Assembly (NCBI RefSeq): GCF_009914755.1
Contig: NC_060935.1
Length of the DNA: 64,000 bases
Source: the human T2T-CHM13v2.0 reference genome, Homo sapiens
Reading direction: 5' to 3' (one strand)
Below, piece after piece: positions 40,098-54,739 of the stretch. The notes under the pieces are model-generated. The model saw only the letters and a list, made by a program, of their open reading frames with translations, did not search any database and was not told where the DNA came from. The translations under genes were made by a program, and so were the position numbers. Every line of letters starts with the position of its first letter. Within the stretch, counting starts at the first letter, position 1.

Positions 40098-43000
40098 GAG
40101 ACAGCTGGCAAGATGGCCGAATAGGAAGAGCTCTGGTCTGCAGCTCCCAGCGAGAGCAATGCGGAAGGTGAGTGATTTCTGCATTTCCAACTGAGGTACC
40201 CGGTTCATCTCACTGGGACTGGTTAGACAGTGGGTGGGTGCAGCCCACGGAGGGTAAGCTGAAGCAGGGTGGGGCATCACCTCACCCAGGAAGTCCAAAG
40301 GGCCAGGGAACTTCCTCACCTACCCAAGGAAGCCATAGGGACTGTGCTATCCAGCCCAGAAATTATGCTTTTCCCATAGTTTTTGCAACACGCAGACCAG
40401 GAGATTCCCTTGTGTGCCAATGCTACCAGGGCCCTGGGTTTCAAGTGCAAAACTAGGTGGCTGTTTGGGGAGACACTGAGCTAGCTGCAGGAGTTTTTTT
40501 TTTTTTCCCCCAGTGGGACCTGGAACCTCAGTGAGACAGAACCATTCACTCTCCTGGAGAAGGGGCTGATGCCAGAAAGCCAAGTGGTCTCGCTCAGCAG
40601 GTCCCACTCCCATGGAGCCCAGCAAGCTAAGAACCACTGGCTTGAAATTCTCACTGCCAGCACATCAGTCTGAGGTCGAACTGGGATGATCAACCTTGGT
40701 GGGAGAGGAATGTCCACCATTACTGAGGCTTGTGTAGGCAGTTTTCCCCTCACAGTGTTAAGGAAGCCATTGGGAAGTTCAAACTGTGTGGAACTTACTG
40801 CAGTGCTGCAAAGCAACTGTGGCCAGACTGCCTCTCTAGATTCCTCCTCACTGGGCAGGGCATCTCTGAGAGAAAGGCAGCAGCCCCAGTCAAGGGCTTA
40901 TAGATAAAACTCCCATCACCTGGGACAGAGCACTTTGGGGAAGGGGTGGCTGTGGGTGCAGCTTCAGTGGACTTAAACATTCTTGCTTGCCAGCTCTGAA
41001 GAGAGCAGTGGATCTCTCAGCACAGTGCTTGAGCTCTGCTAAGGGATAGACTGCCTCCTTAAGTGGGTCACTAACACCTGTGCCTCCTGACTGGGAGACA
41101 CTTCCCAGCAGGGGTCAACAGACACTTCATACAGGAGAGCTCTGGCTGGCATCAGGCAGGTGCTCCTCTAAAATGAAGCTTCCAGAGGAAGGAGCAGGCA
41201 GGAATCTTTGCTGTTCTGCAACCTCCGCTGGTGATACCCAAGCAAACAGGATCTGGAGTGGACCTCCAGCAAACTCCAGCAGACCTGCAGAAGAGGGACC
41301 TGACTGTTAGAAAGAAAACTTACAAACAGAGAGAAGTAACATCAACATCAACAAAAAGGATGCCCCCACAAAAACCCCATCCAAAGGCCATCAGCATCAA
41401 AGATCAAAGGTAGATAAATCCATAAAGATGAGGAAAAACCAGTGCAAAAATGCTGAAAATTCCAAAAAACCGAATGCGTCTTCTCCTCCAAATGATGACA
41501 TTTCTCTCCAGGGAGGGCATTAAACTGGATGGAGAATGAGTTTGACAAATTGACAGAAGTAGGCTTTAGAAGGTGGGTAATAACAAACTCCCCTGAGCTA
41601 AAGAAGCATGTTCTAACCCAATGCAAGGAAGTTAAGAACCTTAATAGAAGGTTGCAGGAACTGCTAACTAGTTAACCAGTTTAGAGAAGAACATAAATGA
41701 CCTGATGGAGCTGAAAAACACAGCACGAGAACTTTGTGAAGCATACACAAGTATCAATAGCTGAATCAATCAAGTGGAAAAAAGGATATGAGAGATTGAA
41801 GGTCAATTAAATGAAATAAAGTGTGAAGGAAAGACTAGAGAAAAAAGAATAAAAGGAACAAACCAAGCCTCCAAGAAATATGGGACTCTGTGAAAAGACC
41901 AAATCTATGATGGATTGGTGTACCTGAAAGTGACAGGGAGAATAAAAGCAAGTTGGAAATCACATGTCAGGACATTATACAGGAGAACTTCCCCAACCTA
42001 GCAAGACAGGCCAACATACAATTTCAGGATATACAGAGAACACCACTTAGATACTCCTTGAGAAGAGCAACACCAAGACACATGATTGTCAGAGTCTTCA
42101 AGATTGAAATGAAGGAAAAAAATGTTAAGGGCAGCCACAGAGGAAGGTCAGGTTACCTACAAAGGAAAGTCCATCAGACTAACAGTGGATCTCTCTGCAA
42201 AAACCCTACAATCCAGAAGAGAGTGAATGCCAATATTCAACATTCTTAAAATAAAAGAATTTTCAACCCAGAATTTCATATACAGCCAAACTAAGCTTCA
42301 TAAGCAAAGGAGAAATAAAATTCTTTCCAGACAAGTAAATGCTGAGGGATTTTGTCACCAGCAGGCCTGCCTTACAAGAGCTCCTGAAGGAAGCACTAAA
42401 TATGGGAAGGAAATACTGGTACCAACCACTGCAAAAACATACCAAAATATAAAGACCAATGATGCTATGTAGAAACTGCATCAACTAATGTGCAAACTAA
42501 GCAGCTAACATCATGATGACAGGATCAAATTAAACATAACAATGTTAACCTTAAATGTAAATGGGCTAAATGCCCCAATTAAAAGACACAGACTGGCAAA
42601 TTGCATAGAGTCAAGACCCACTGGTGTGCTGTATTCAGGAGACCTATCTCATGTGCAAAGACACACATAGGTTCAAAATAAAGGGATAAAGAAATATTTA
42701 CCAAGCAAAGAGAAAGAAAAAAAAGCAGGGATTGCAATCCTATTCTCTGATAAAACAGAGTTTAAGCCAACAGAAATCAAAGAAGACAAAGAAGGGCATT
42801 ACATAATGATAAAGGAATCAATGCAACAAGAAGAGCTAACTATCCTAAATATATACACACACAACACAGGAGCACCCAGATTCATAAAGCAAGTTATTAG
42901 AGACCTACAAAGAGGCTTAGATTCCTACGCAATAATAGTAGGAGACTTTAACATCCCACTGTCAATATTAGATCAACTAGACAGAAAATCAACAAGGATA

Positions 43001-46000
43001 TTCAGGACTTGAACTCAACTCTGGACCAAGTGGATCTCTAATAGACATCTACAGAACTCTCTACCCCAAATCAACAGAATATACATTCTTCTCAGCACCA
43101 CATCGCACTTATTCTAAAATTGATCACATAATTGGAAGTAAAACACTCCTCAGCAAGTGCAAAAGAACAGAAATCATAACAAACAAGTCTCTCAGACCAC
43201 AGTGCAATCAAATTAGAACTCAGGATTAAGAAACTCATTCAAAACCACTCAACTACGTGGAAACTGAACAACCTGCTCCTGAATGACTACTGGGTAAATA
43301 ATGAAGTAAAGACAGAAATAAAGAAGTTATTTGAAACGAATGAGAACAAAGACAAAATGTATGAGAATCTCTGGGACACAGCAAAAGCAGTATTAAGAGG
43401 GATTTTACAGCACTAAGTGCCCACATCAGAAAGCGAGAAAGATCTAAAATCGATACCCTAACATCACAATTAAAATAACTAGAGAAGTAAGAGTGAACAA
43501 ATTGAAGAAAAGCTAGGCAAAGACAAGAAATAACTAAGATGAGAGCAGAACAGAAGGAGACAGAGACACAAAAACCACTCATAAAAATCAATGAATCCAG
43601 GAACCAGTTTACTGAAAAGATCAACAAAATAAATAGACTGCTAGCAAGACTAATAAAGAAGAAAAGAGAGAAGAATAAAATAGACACAATAAAAAATGAT
43701 ATAGGGGATATCACCGCTAACCCCACAGAAATACAAACTACCGTCAGAGAATACTATAAACACCTCACACAAATAAACTAAAAATCCAGAAGAAATGGAT
43801 AAATTCCTGGACATATACACCCTCCCAAGACTAAACCAGGAAGAAGTTGAATCCCTGAATAGACCAATAACAAGTTCTGAAATTGAGGCAGTAAATAATA
43901 GCCTACCAACTCAAAAAGCCCAGGACCAGATGGATTCACACCTGAATTCTCCCAGAGGTGCAAAGAGGAGTTGGAACAATTCCTTCTGAAAATTCTTCAA
44001 ATAATAGAAAAAGAGGGACTCCTCCCTAACATATTTTATGAGGCCAGCATTATCCTGATACCAAAACCTGGCAGAGACACAACCAGAAAAGAAAATTTCA
44101 GGCCAATATCCCTGATGAACATCAATGCAAAAATCCTCAGCACAATACTGGCAAACTGAATCCAGCAGCACATCAAAAGCTTATCCACCACGATTAAGTA
44201 GGCTTTATCCCTGGGATGCAAGGCTGGTCCAACATAGAAAAATCAATAAATATAATCCATCACGTAAACAGAATCAATGACAATAGCCACACGATTATCT
44301 CAATAGATGCAGAAAAGACCTTCAATCAAATTCAACACCCTTCATGGTAAACTACTCAATAAACTAGGTATAGATGGAACATATCTCAAAATAATAAGAG
44401 CTATTTATGACAAACCCATAGCCAATATCATACAGAATGGGCAAAAGCTGGAAGCGTTCCCTTTGAAAACTGGCACAAGACAAGAATGCCCTCTCTCACC
44501 ACTCCTATTCAACATAGTATTGGAAGTTCTGGCCACGGTAACCAGGCAAGAGAAGGAAATGAAGGGTATTCAAATAGGAAGAGAAGAAGTCAAATTGTCT
44601 CTGCAGATGACATGATTGTATATTTAGAAAACCCCATCATCTCAGCCCCAAAACTCCTTAAGCTGATAAGCAACTTCAGCAAAGTCTCAGAATACAAAAT
44701 CAATGTGCAAAAATCACAAGCATTCCTATTCATCAACAATAGACAAACAGAGAGCCAAATCATGAATGAACTCCCATTCACAATTGCTACAAAGAAAATA
44801 AAATACCTAAGAATACAACTTACAAGGGACGTGAAGGAGCTCTTCAAGGAGAACTACAAACCACTGCACAAGGAAATAAGAGAGGACACAAACAAATGGA
44901 AAAACATTCCATGCTCATGGATAGAAAGAATCAATATCATGAAAATGGCCATATTGCCCAAAGCAATTTATAGATTCAATGCTATTCCTCAAGCTAACAT
45001 TGACTTTTTTCGCAGAACTAGAAAAAACTACTTTAAATTTCACATGGATTTTAAAAAAGCTTGTATAGCCAAGACAATGCTAAGCAAAAAGAACAAAGCT
45101 GGAGGCATCATACTGCCTGACTTCAAATATACTACAAGGCTAAAGTAATCAAAACTGCATGGTACTGGCACCAAATCAGATACATAGACCAATGGAGCGA
45201 ACAGAAATAACACCACACATCTACTACCATCTCGTCTTTGACAAACCTGACACAAATGAGCAATGGGGAAAGGATATCCTATTTAATAAATGGTGCTGGG
45301 AAAACTGGCTAGCCATATGCAGAAAACTGAAACTGGACCCCTTCCTTACACCTTATACAAAAATTAACTCAAGATGGATAAAAGACTTAAATATAATACC
45401 TAAAACCATAAAACCCCTAGAAGACAACTTAGGCAATACCATTTGGGACATAGGCACAGGCAAAGACTTCAGGACTAAAACACCGAAAGCAATTGCAACA
45501 AAAGCCAAAATTGACAACTGGGATCTAATTAAACTAAAGAGCTTCTGCACAGCAAAAGAAACTATCATCAGAGTGAACAGGCAACCTACAGAATGGGATA
45601 AATTTTTGCCATCTATACATCTGACAAAGTTCTAATATCTGGAATCTACAAGGAACTAATCAAATTTACAAGAAAAAAATCCCATCAAAAAGTGGGCAAA
45701 TGATGTGAACAGACACTTCTCAAAATAAGACATTTATGTGGCCAACAAACATATGAAAAAAAGCTCATCATCACTGGTCATCAGACAAATGCAAATCGAA
45801 ACCACATCGAGATACCATCTCATGCCAGTTTGAAGAGGAGCTAGGTGTGGGTGTTTTCAGTGCCTTTCACAGGATACCTTTTTTTTTTTTTTTTTTAACC
45901 TGGTGGATAGCCTAATGTGATCCTTAAAAAGTTAGGAAACAACAGATGCTGAAGAGGATGTGGAGAAATAGAAACAATTTTACACTGTTGGTGGGAGTGT

Positions 46001-46615
46001 AAATTAGTTCAACCATGTGGAAGACAGTGTGTTGATTCATCATGGATTTAGAAAAAGAAATACCATTGGACCCAGCAATCCAATTACTGGGTATATTATT
46101 CAAAGGATTAGAAATCATTCTACTATAAGGACACATGCACATGTATGTTTACTGCAGCACTATTCACAATAGCATAGACTTGGAACCAACCCAAATGCCC
46201 ATCAATGATAGACTGGATAAAGAAAATGTGGCACATATACAGCATGGAATACTATGCAGCCATAAAAAAAGATGAGTTCCTGTCCCTAACAGGGACATGG
46301 ATGAAGCTGGAAACCATCATTCTCAGCAAACTAACACAGGATCAGTAAAGCAAACAACACAGGTTTTCACTCATAAGTGGGAACTGAACAATGGGAACAC
46401 ATGGACACAGGGAGGGAGACATCACACACTGGGGCCTGTTGGGGGTGGGGGGCAAGGGGTGGGAGAGCATTGGGACAAATACCTAATGCATACATGGTTT
46501 AAAACCTAGATAATGGGTTGATGGGTGCAGAAAACCACCATGGCACATGTATACCAATGTAACAAACCTGTATGTTCTGCACATGTATCCCAGAACTTAA
46601 AGTATAATTTTAAAA
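40098..46615 (+). mobile_element. Full-length L1PA (about L1PA7/8 age), degraded ORFs, antisense in SLC22A25 intron 6
   Basis: 5' 'caagatggccgaatagg', ORF1/ORF2 fragments, 3'UTR; 15-bp TSD aagagg(t/c)agtc(g/a)ata at 40083-40097 and 46616-46630. Confidence 0.95.
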
Positions 46616-46689
46616 AAGAGGCAGTCAATAAACTTTAATTATATATTCAACATACATTTGTATCTCATTGTAGTGAATACTTATAATTT

Positions 46690-47857
46690 TATGTTATGTC
46701 AGCATCCATTTTGAATTCAAGTTTAACTTTCTTATACCAGAGGCAGGGCTCAGTCACCCTTGACACAGTTTCCATTTCTATGCCACTCCCAAATGGCCAG
46801 AGAGAAAAACTTGGAGCCATCTCTCCTGCCTAGCAGATTGGGTTTGTGACTTCCCCAGTGCTTCTTGTAAGTGTACAATTCAGGCATTTGCCTGGAAGCT
46901 CTAAGTGACCCACAACCTACTTCCTTATGTATACTGCTCACTGCCATGTACATTTCTCTCTCTGTGCATGATTCTTTATTTCTGCATCATGTGATCTGGT
47001 GATCCTTACCCAGGATCTGTAAGTAGACATCCTTGAACTTGTTTCCTTTTGTTCAGTGCATTGAATTTATGCTTTCCATTGGAAGAACTAGGGGCTAGCT
47101 ATTCAAGGTTGGATTTTCTTTTCTTTTTTTTTTTTTTTATTACATTTTAAGTTCTGGGATACATGTGCAGAACGTGCCTTTTTGTTACATAGGTATACAA
47201 GTGCCATGGTGGTTTGCTGCACCCATCAACTCATCACCTACATTAGGTATTTCTCCTAATGTTATCCCTCCCCTAACCCACCACCCCCTGACAGGCCCTG
47301 GTGTGTGATGTTCGCCTCCCTGTGTCCATGTGTTCTCATTGTTCAACTCCCACTTATCAGTGAGAACACACGGTGTTTGGTTTTCTGATCTTGTGAGTTT
47401 GCTGAGAATGAGATGGTTTCCAGCTTCATCCATGTCCCTGCAAAGGACATGAACTCATCCTTTTTTATGGCTGCATAGTATTCCATGGTGTATATGTGCC
47501 ACATTTTCTTAATCTAGTCTATCAAGGTTGGATTTTCTCTAGGATAGCAATGAGAACACAAGATTGGGCTCCCAGTGGCAGAGCAATGGTCAGGCAGGCA
47601 TAAATTGCACATAGATCAGATAAGAACCACAATGGCATATGCCAGTCTAAGCTATTTTCCTGTGTGACTACCTAGTTGTCCAAACCTTCCTAGTTATGGT
47701 TTGGACAACTAGGCACTAGCTGTCCACCAGGTAAAACACGTATCCTGTGAAAGGCACTGAAATCACCCACGTCTAGTTCCTCTTCTTTTTCCCTTAGGGC
47801 AGGCTTGCCAGTCACTCAGATACTGAAATCCCAGTTTAGCTGGGAACTCTCAAAACA
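46690..47857. mobile_element. LTR-like (ERV) element, family not identified, interrupted by an L1 fragment
   Basis: LTR-like composition ending ..gctgggaactctcaaaaca; boundaries approximate. Confidence 0.5.
47120..47521 (-). mobile_element. 5'-truncated L1PA 3' end
   Basis: Poly-T plus L1 3'UTR; 17-bp TSD tcaaggttggattttct (47103-47119, 47522-47538). Confidence 0.92.
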
Positions 47858-50800
47858 CCTATTTACTTTTTAAAACTGTGGTAAAAATGCATAACACGAG
47901 TTCTGCCCTGTTAACAAATTTTTAAGTGTACAGTAAAATATTCTTAACTGTATGCATAATGTTGCACAGCATCTTGTGTAACTGACACTTTATGCCCATT
48001 AAATGGGAACTTCCTATTTCCCTCTGCCCTCTGCCCCAGGAAACTATGATTCTACTTTCTGCTTCTATAAATTTGATTATTTTAGATATCTCATATAAGG
48101 GGAATTGGCGGTGTTTGTCCTTCTGTCCTGGCATATTTAACTTAGCATAATGTCCTCAAGTTTCAAACATGTTGGATATGACATTTTTCTTTCCATGGCT
48201 GACTAATATTCCATCATGAGTACGTACCACATTTTACTTATCCATATGTCAATGGACATTTAAGTTGCTTCTACATCTTGGCAATTATGAATAATGTTGC
48301 AATGAACATGGGAGTGCAAATATCTCTTCCCAATCCTGATTTCAATTGTTTCTTTGAAAAACTGAGATCCTAGAAGTAGGATTGGTGAATCATATGGTAG
48401 TCCTACTGCTTTCCATAGGGGCTATACTATTTACATTTTCACTAACAGTGTACAATAGTTCCAATTTTTCCACATTCTTGCCAACAGTTATTATCTCTTA
48501 TTTATTTATTCAATTTATTTATGATAATGTCCTAACAGATTTGAAGTAATATCTGATTGTAGTTTTGACTTGCATGTTCCTGACTAGTGATTTTGAGCAC
48601 ATTTTCCATTGGCCATTTGTATGGCTTCTTTGGAAAAATGTCTAGTCAAGTCCTTTGCTTATTTTGTGATTGGACTACTTGCATTCATGGTAGTGAGTTG
48701 TAGGTTTTCCTAATATATTTTGGATATTAACTCATATCAGATATGTGGTTGGCAAATATTTTCCCTCATTCTGAAGGCTGCCTTTTCATTCTATTATTTC
48801 CTTTGCTGTGCAGAAGCTTTCTAGTTTGATGTCCTATTTGTATATTTTTCCTTTCATCGTTTGTGCTTTTGGCATCATATCCATGAAATAATTGCCAAAA
48901 CTAATGTCATGAAGCTTTTCACCTATGTTTTCTTCTAGGATTTTGATAGTTTCAGGTCTCATGTTAAGTCTTGAATCCATTTTCAGTTGATTTTTGTGTG
49001 TGCTATAAGGAAAGGGTTCAATTTCATTTAATAAAGAAAATTGGGTGTGTATATATATATATACACATTTTAATAAAGTGAAACCCTTTCCTTATAGCAC
49101 ATAACCCTTTCCTGATAGCACAGTAAAATGAAATTGAATCCTTTCCTTATGGCACATATATGTGGATATGTAGTTGCTTAGCACCATTTGCTGAAGAAAC
49201 TATCTTTTTCTATTGTGTATCTTTGTCACCCCCACAAAGATCAGTTGACTGTATATGCATGGATTGATTTCTGCATTCTCCATTCTGTTGCATTGGTCTA
49301 AATGTCCATCTTTATGCAAGTACCATAGTGTTTTAAACTACTGTTGCTTTGCAATATGTTTTGAAATCAGGTGGTTGTGGCCTTTAGCATTGTTCTTCTT
49401 TCTCAAGGTAGTTTTATCTATTCTAAAATTTGTATGGTTCCCATAGGATTTTAGGATTTTTTTCTATTTCTGTAAAATAATGCCGCTGAGATTTTGATAG
49501 GGATTGCACTGAATCTTCAGATTACTTTGAGTAGCATGAACATTTAATAATATAAAGCTTTGCCATTCATGCATATATCTTTTCATTCATCTTTGTTTTG
49601 TTTATTTCATCAATGTTTTGTAGTTTTCAGTGTACAAGTCTTTTGCCTCCTTGGTTAAGTTTATTCCTAAGTATTTTCTTCCTTTTTATGGTATTATAAA
49701 TGAGATCGCTTCTTAATCTCATTTTTGGATAGTTTGTTGTTAGTGTATAAAAACACAACTGATTTTTATGTGCATTTTGTATCCTTCAACTAGATTGCAT
49801 TTGTTTATTAGCTCTAAAATTTTTGTGTGTGTAATCTTTAGGATTTTTACCTCTAAGATCATATAACCAGTGAGTAGAGCTTAGTTTACTTCTACCTTTC
49901 CTATTTAGATGCTTTTAATCTGTTTTTCTTCCCTAACTGCTCTGGTTAGCACTTTAAGTACTATATTAAATAGAAGTGGTGACTCATTCTTGATGTTAAA
50001 GGAAGAGCTTTCAGTTTTTCATCGAGTATGATGTTAGCTCTGGACTTCTCATAGTTTCCTTTACCAGTAAGCCTTATACTTTAATATGCTCTCGTGTTGC
50101 TCATTAGGGTTCTTTGTTTAAACATGAAGGGTTCCCTTTAACATTTCTTATAATGCAGATCTAGTGTTGACAGATTCACTCAGTTTTTGTTTGTCTGGGA
50201 AACTCTTTATTTCTCTTCATTTTTGAAGGCCAGTTTGCTGGATATAATACTTTTTGTTGGCAGTTTTCATCTCTAAATATATCATCATACTTTCTGTTGG
50301 CCTGTAAACTTTCTGTGGGAAAACAAACCAAAGTCTTATGGAGGTTCTCTTAGTACAAGACAAGTCACTTCTCTTGCTGCTTTCAAAATTCTTTTCTTTT
50401 GATAATTTTATTATAAAATGTCTAGATGTGAATTTTTTAAATTTTTAATGTTTATGGATACATGATAATTATACATATTTATGAGGCACTGTGATATTTT
50501 GATATATTCATACAGTATATAATGATAAAACCTGGGTAATTGGGATATCCATTATCTCACACATTCATCATTTGAGTGTGTGTGTGTGTGTGTGTGTGTC
50601 GAGAACATTTTAAATATACTCTTCTGGCTATTTTGAAATATACAATAACTTTATTGTTAACTAAAGTCACCTATAGTCAACTATAACTATTGTTTTACTG
50701 AAAACTAGATCTTATTTTTTCTATATAACTGTATTTTTGTACCCATTAGCTCATCCTTCTTAATACCCTTTCCCCAGTACCCTTCCCAGCTTCTGGTAGC

Positions 50801-51103
50801 CACCATTTCACTTATTACCACCAGGAGATACATTTTTTAGCTCTCACATATGAGTGAGAACATGCAATATTTGTCTTTTGGTGCCTGGATAGTTTAACTT
50901 AAAATAATGTCCTCCAATTCCATCCATGTTGTTGTAAATGACAGGAATGTATTATTTTTATGGCTGAATAATATTCCATTATATCTATTTCTCTCTACAT
51001 ATCCGATTATATATATATCCAAATACATATATATAATGTATATATATAATGTGTATATATATATAATGTATATATATAATATATATATATAATGTATATC
51101 CCA

Positions 51104-51382
51104 TTTTCTTTTTTTTTGACAGGGTCTCACTCTGTCTTAAAAGTGACACTCCACCTCCTTGGGCTCAAGCTATCCTCCCATCTCAGCCTCCAGAGTAACT
51201 GGGACTACACATATGTGCCACCATGCCTGGCTAATTTTTTGTATTTTTATTTATTTATTTTTTTTGCAGAGTCAGGGTTTTGCCATGTTACTCAGGCTGA
51301 TCTGAACTTCTGGACTCAAGCAATCCATCCACCTTGGCCTCCCAAAATTCTGGGATTACAGGTGTGGGCCACCACGCCCTGC
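51104..51382 (-). mobile_element. Alu (AluJ-like)
   Basis: 'gacagggtctcactctgt..gggctcaagc.atcc' AluJ features. Confidence 0.85.
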
Positions 51383-52152
51383 CAATATACCCCATTTTCT
51401 TTATACAGCCATTGATAAACATTTAGGTTGATACCATATCTTGGCTTTTGGGAATACTGCTGCAAAAAACATAGAAGTGCAGATATCTCTTCAATATGCT
51501 GATTTTCTACCTTTGCATATATATCCAAAAGTGAGACTGCTGGATAATATGGTATTTCCATTTTTAATCTTTTCACAAAATTTTATATTGTTTTGCATAG
51601 TGGCTGTACTGATTTATATTCCCACCAACAGTGTGCAAACATCCCCCTCTATATGCATCTTCCCCAGCATTTTTTTTTTTTGTCTTTTTGATAATATTTT
51701 AACTGGGGTGAAATAATATCTTATTGTGGTTTTAATTTACATTTTTTCTGGTGATTAACTGTATTGAGCATTTTTTATACTTGTTGGTCATTTGTATATC
51801 TTATTTTAAGAAATGTCTATTCAGGTATCTTGCCCATTTAAAAATAAGCTTATTTGTTTTTTTGCTACTGAGTTGTTTATGTTCCTTATAGGTTTGATTT
51901 ATTAATCCCTTGTCGGTTGAGTAGTTTGCAATTTTTTTTCTATTCTGTAGGTTGTTTCTCCACTTTGTTGATTGTTTTCCTTTGTTGTGCAGAAGATTTT
52001 TAGCTTGATGTAATTCCATTTGTCATTTTTTTTGCTTTGTTTGCCTGTGCTTTTGACTTTTTACTCAAGAAAACTTTGCTAATAGCAATGTCCTAAAGGA
52101 TTTCCTCAATGCTTTCTTCTAGTATTATCATAGTTTTAGGTCTTACATTTAA

Positions 52153-52450
<298 letters not shown>

Positions 52451-53853
52451 TATATCTCTCCATTTCTTTATGATCAGTTTCTTAAGATTTATTTTGTTCC
52501 CTTTTGTGTCATATTTCTCTGTTTCTTCGTGTTCTTTGTGGCTTTGCATTGGTATCTATACATTTGAAGAAATAGCCACCTCTTCCTGTCTTCCCAGACT
52601 GGCTTTTACAATCAGCCCAGATAGAGATTCTGGGGACCTTCAATTCTACTCTGTGAAAGTATCTTCTCTGTATTTGTGCATGTAGATTCCTAATTAGAGG
52701 GATTTCCTGGTTTCTGTTTTTCAGGAACTGGCAATCTCTTGCTTTCTGTGGTATCTGTCTGCCATACCATGAGTCCTCTGATGCAGCAGCTTAACACCCA
52801 GCTGTCTTTGTTCTCAGTAGTTCTGAGGCATCTAGAGTGCGTGTGGGGTCCTACTGGCATAATGGTTGGGCTAGAAAAAAACTAATTTCTTGGGCAGCTC
52901 CCTGGAAAATCAGTATATCAGACACATACTGAGCTCCTTTCCCTCCTGAGGGAGAAATCTCAAGTTGTGCATATTCTTTTCATTGCACTGAGCTGTGTGA
53001 GTCACAGCTTTCTTTTGTACTCACTTTGTCCTCAGTGACCTTAGGCATCCAAATATGCCAGTTCCATCAGTGCTCTGAGTGAGGGGAGACAGAGACCAGT
53101 TCCTCACACAGTGTGTCCAAAGGCCAAGGTGTGGCTGAATGCTCTACTCTTTCCTTCCCTGTGAGGGAAAAGTCATAGGCCAGGGTGTCCTCTCTTGGCA
53201 TGAGCTGTAACAACTTTGGGAAGGGGTTGTCATGTATAAACTGACATTACTCTTCTTGCCCATTTCAGTGCAACTGTTTTTGGTTTCGTGCTCATCTGGG
53301 GCATTACAATGTCTTGTCTCAGTTTTGAAATTCTCATAGAAGTATTTTTGTCCAGTCATTATTTAATCAGTGTTTCTGTGTGCGGTTGAGGGGTAGGATT
53401 TTCTGTTACGTCATCTTGCTGAACTTGTGATCATTTCCCAGTGTTTTAGAATTTTTTCTATACCTTGATCTGAGTGGTAGCTAGATATTAATAACTGGTA
53501 ATATTCATTGATCTGTGTACATTCATATGATTTGCTGTTTATAAATTAGCTCAATTAAAATGGAAACAAATGAAGAAACTTTGAGTCTAAACCTATACTA
53601 TAATTGAAGTTCTCAGCATAAGTCTCCACTGATGAGCCTGGTAGAATGATGTTATAAACAGAAATTGTGTAATTAATTCTGTGTCAGCCTTTTCATAACC
53701 CTTTTACCACTTTTAAAAATAGCAATTCTCTTTATGGATTTATCATCTTTTATCCCCCAAATATTTTCCTTCAACATGTTGTATCATTTGAAATAAGAAA
53801 TGGATTTATGTCTCCTCTATTTTAACATTCCTCACACACTGCATGAAACTTAC

Positions 53854-53969
53854 CTCACAAAGGACAGGAAACAGATTCTTTTACATATGTTGGGTATGCG
53901 GAGCAATTCACAAAGAGAATGCTTTTTCTGTGCTGCCTCCAGTTCTTGCTTCATGGTGGATTTCAAAAC
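53854..53969 (-). CDS. SLC22A25: SLC22A25 coding exon 6 ([39 protein letters not shown])
   Basis: 116 bp, acceptor ..GTTGTTGAAG, donor GTAAGT; phase 0 in, phase 2 out, joins exons 5 and 7 in frame; read manually. Confidence 0.92.
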
Positions 53970-54471
53970 CTTCAACAACAACAGAAGCAATAAACTGTTC
54001 AGTTGTCACAAAATGGTAGGCATTGTAAGAGGACTTGTCAACCAACAGATGACAAGATAGATGACATCCCTTTCTGTCTAGCAGAAAATACATGGCTTAA
54101 AAATGCAATGGCAAATATAAAAGTGGTATGGAAGTTAGAATAGAGAGTTAAAGAAGCCTCAGAGAAATTATTTATCAAGGCTATTTTAGACAAGAGATTT
54201 AATTGGCTGCAGAGCATTGAAAAGAATATGTAGGTTAGAGATTCAGATCAGGATGGGGAAAAAAATGAAGAGTTACTTGGATTAAACTCCAAAGCTCCAT
54301 TTATACCAGATGGGCCCCAAAGACCTGGTTCTCAGCTGAACTGCCTTTGGTGAAAAACAGTTTGCCTGCCTCAGGAAAGAGATAAATTTCCTGAGAGAGT
54401 TTATTTTGGTTCTTGTTTCAGAAATGCTGGAGGTTTGGGAGTGGGGTACTTTCTTCCTAACCCTTATGTTT

Positions 54472-54739
54472 TATTATTATACTTTAAGTTTTAGGGTACA
54501 TGATATACATGTGCCATGTTGGTGTGCTGCACCCATTAACTCGTCATTTAGCATTAGGTATATCTCCTAATGCTATCCTTCCCCCCTCCCCCCACCCCAC
54601 AACAGTCCTGGTGAGTGATGTTCCCCTTCCTGTGTCCATGTGTTCTCATTGTTCAATTCCCACCTATGAGTGAGAACATGCGGTGTTAGTTTTTTTGTCC
54701 TTGCGAGAGTTTGATGAGAATGATGGATGAAGCTGAAAA
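54472..54739 (-). mobile_element. Short L1PA 3' insertion with a 5' micro-inversion
   Basis: L1 3'UTR; 15-bp TSD ctaacccttatgttt (54457-54471, 54740-54754). Confidence 0.9.

Noticed and set aside
51005-51095. AT-rich palindromic-looking tract
   Set aside because: Ordinary (TA)n-derived microsatellite next to an Alu tail
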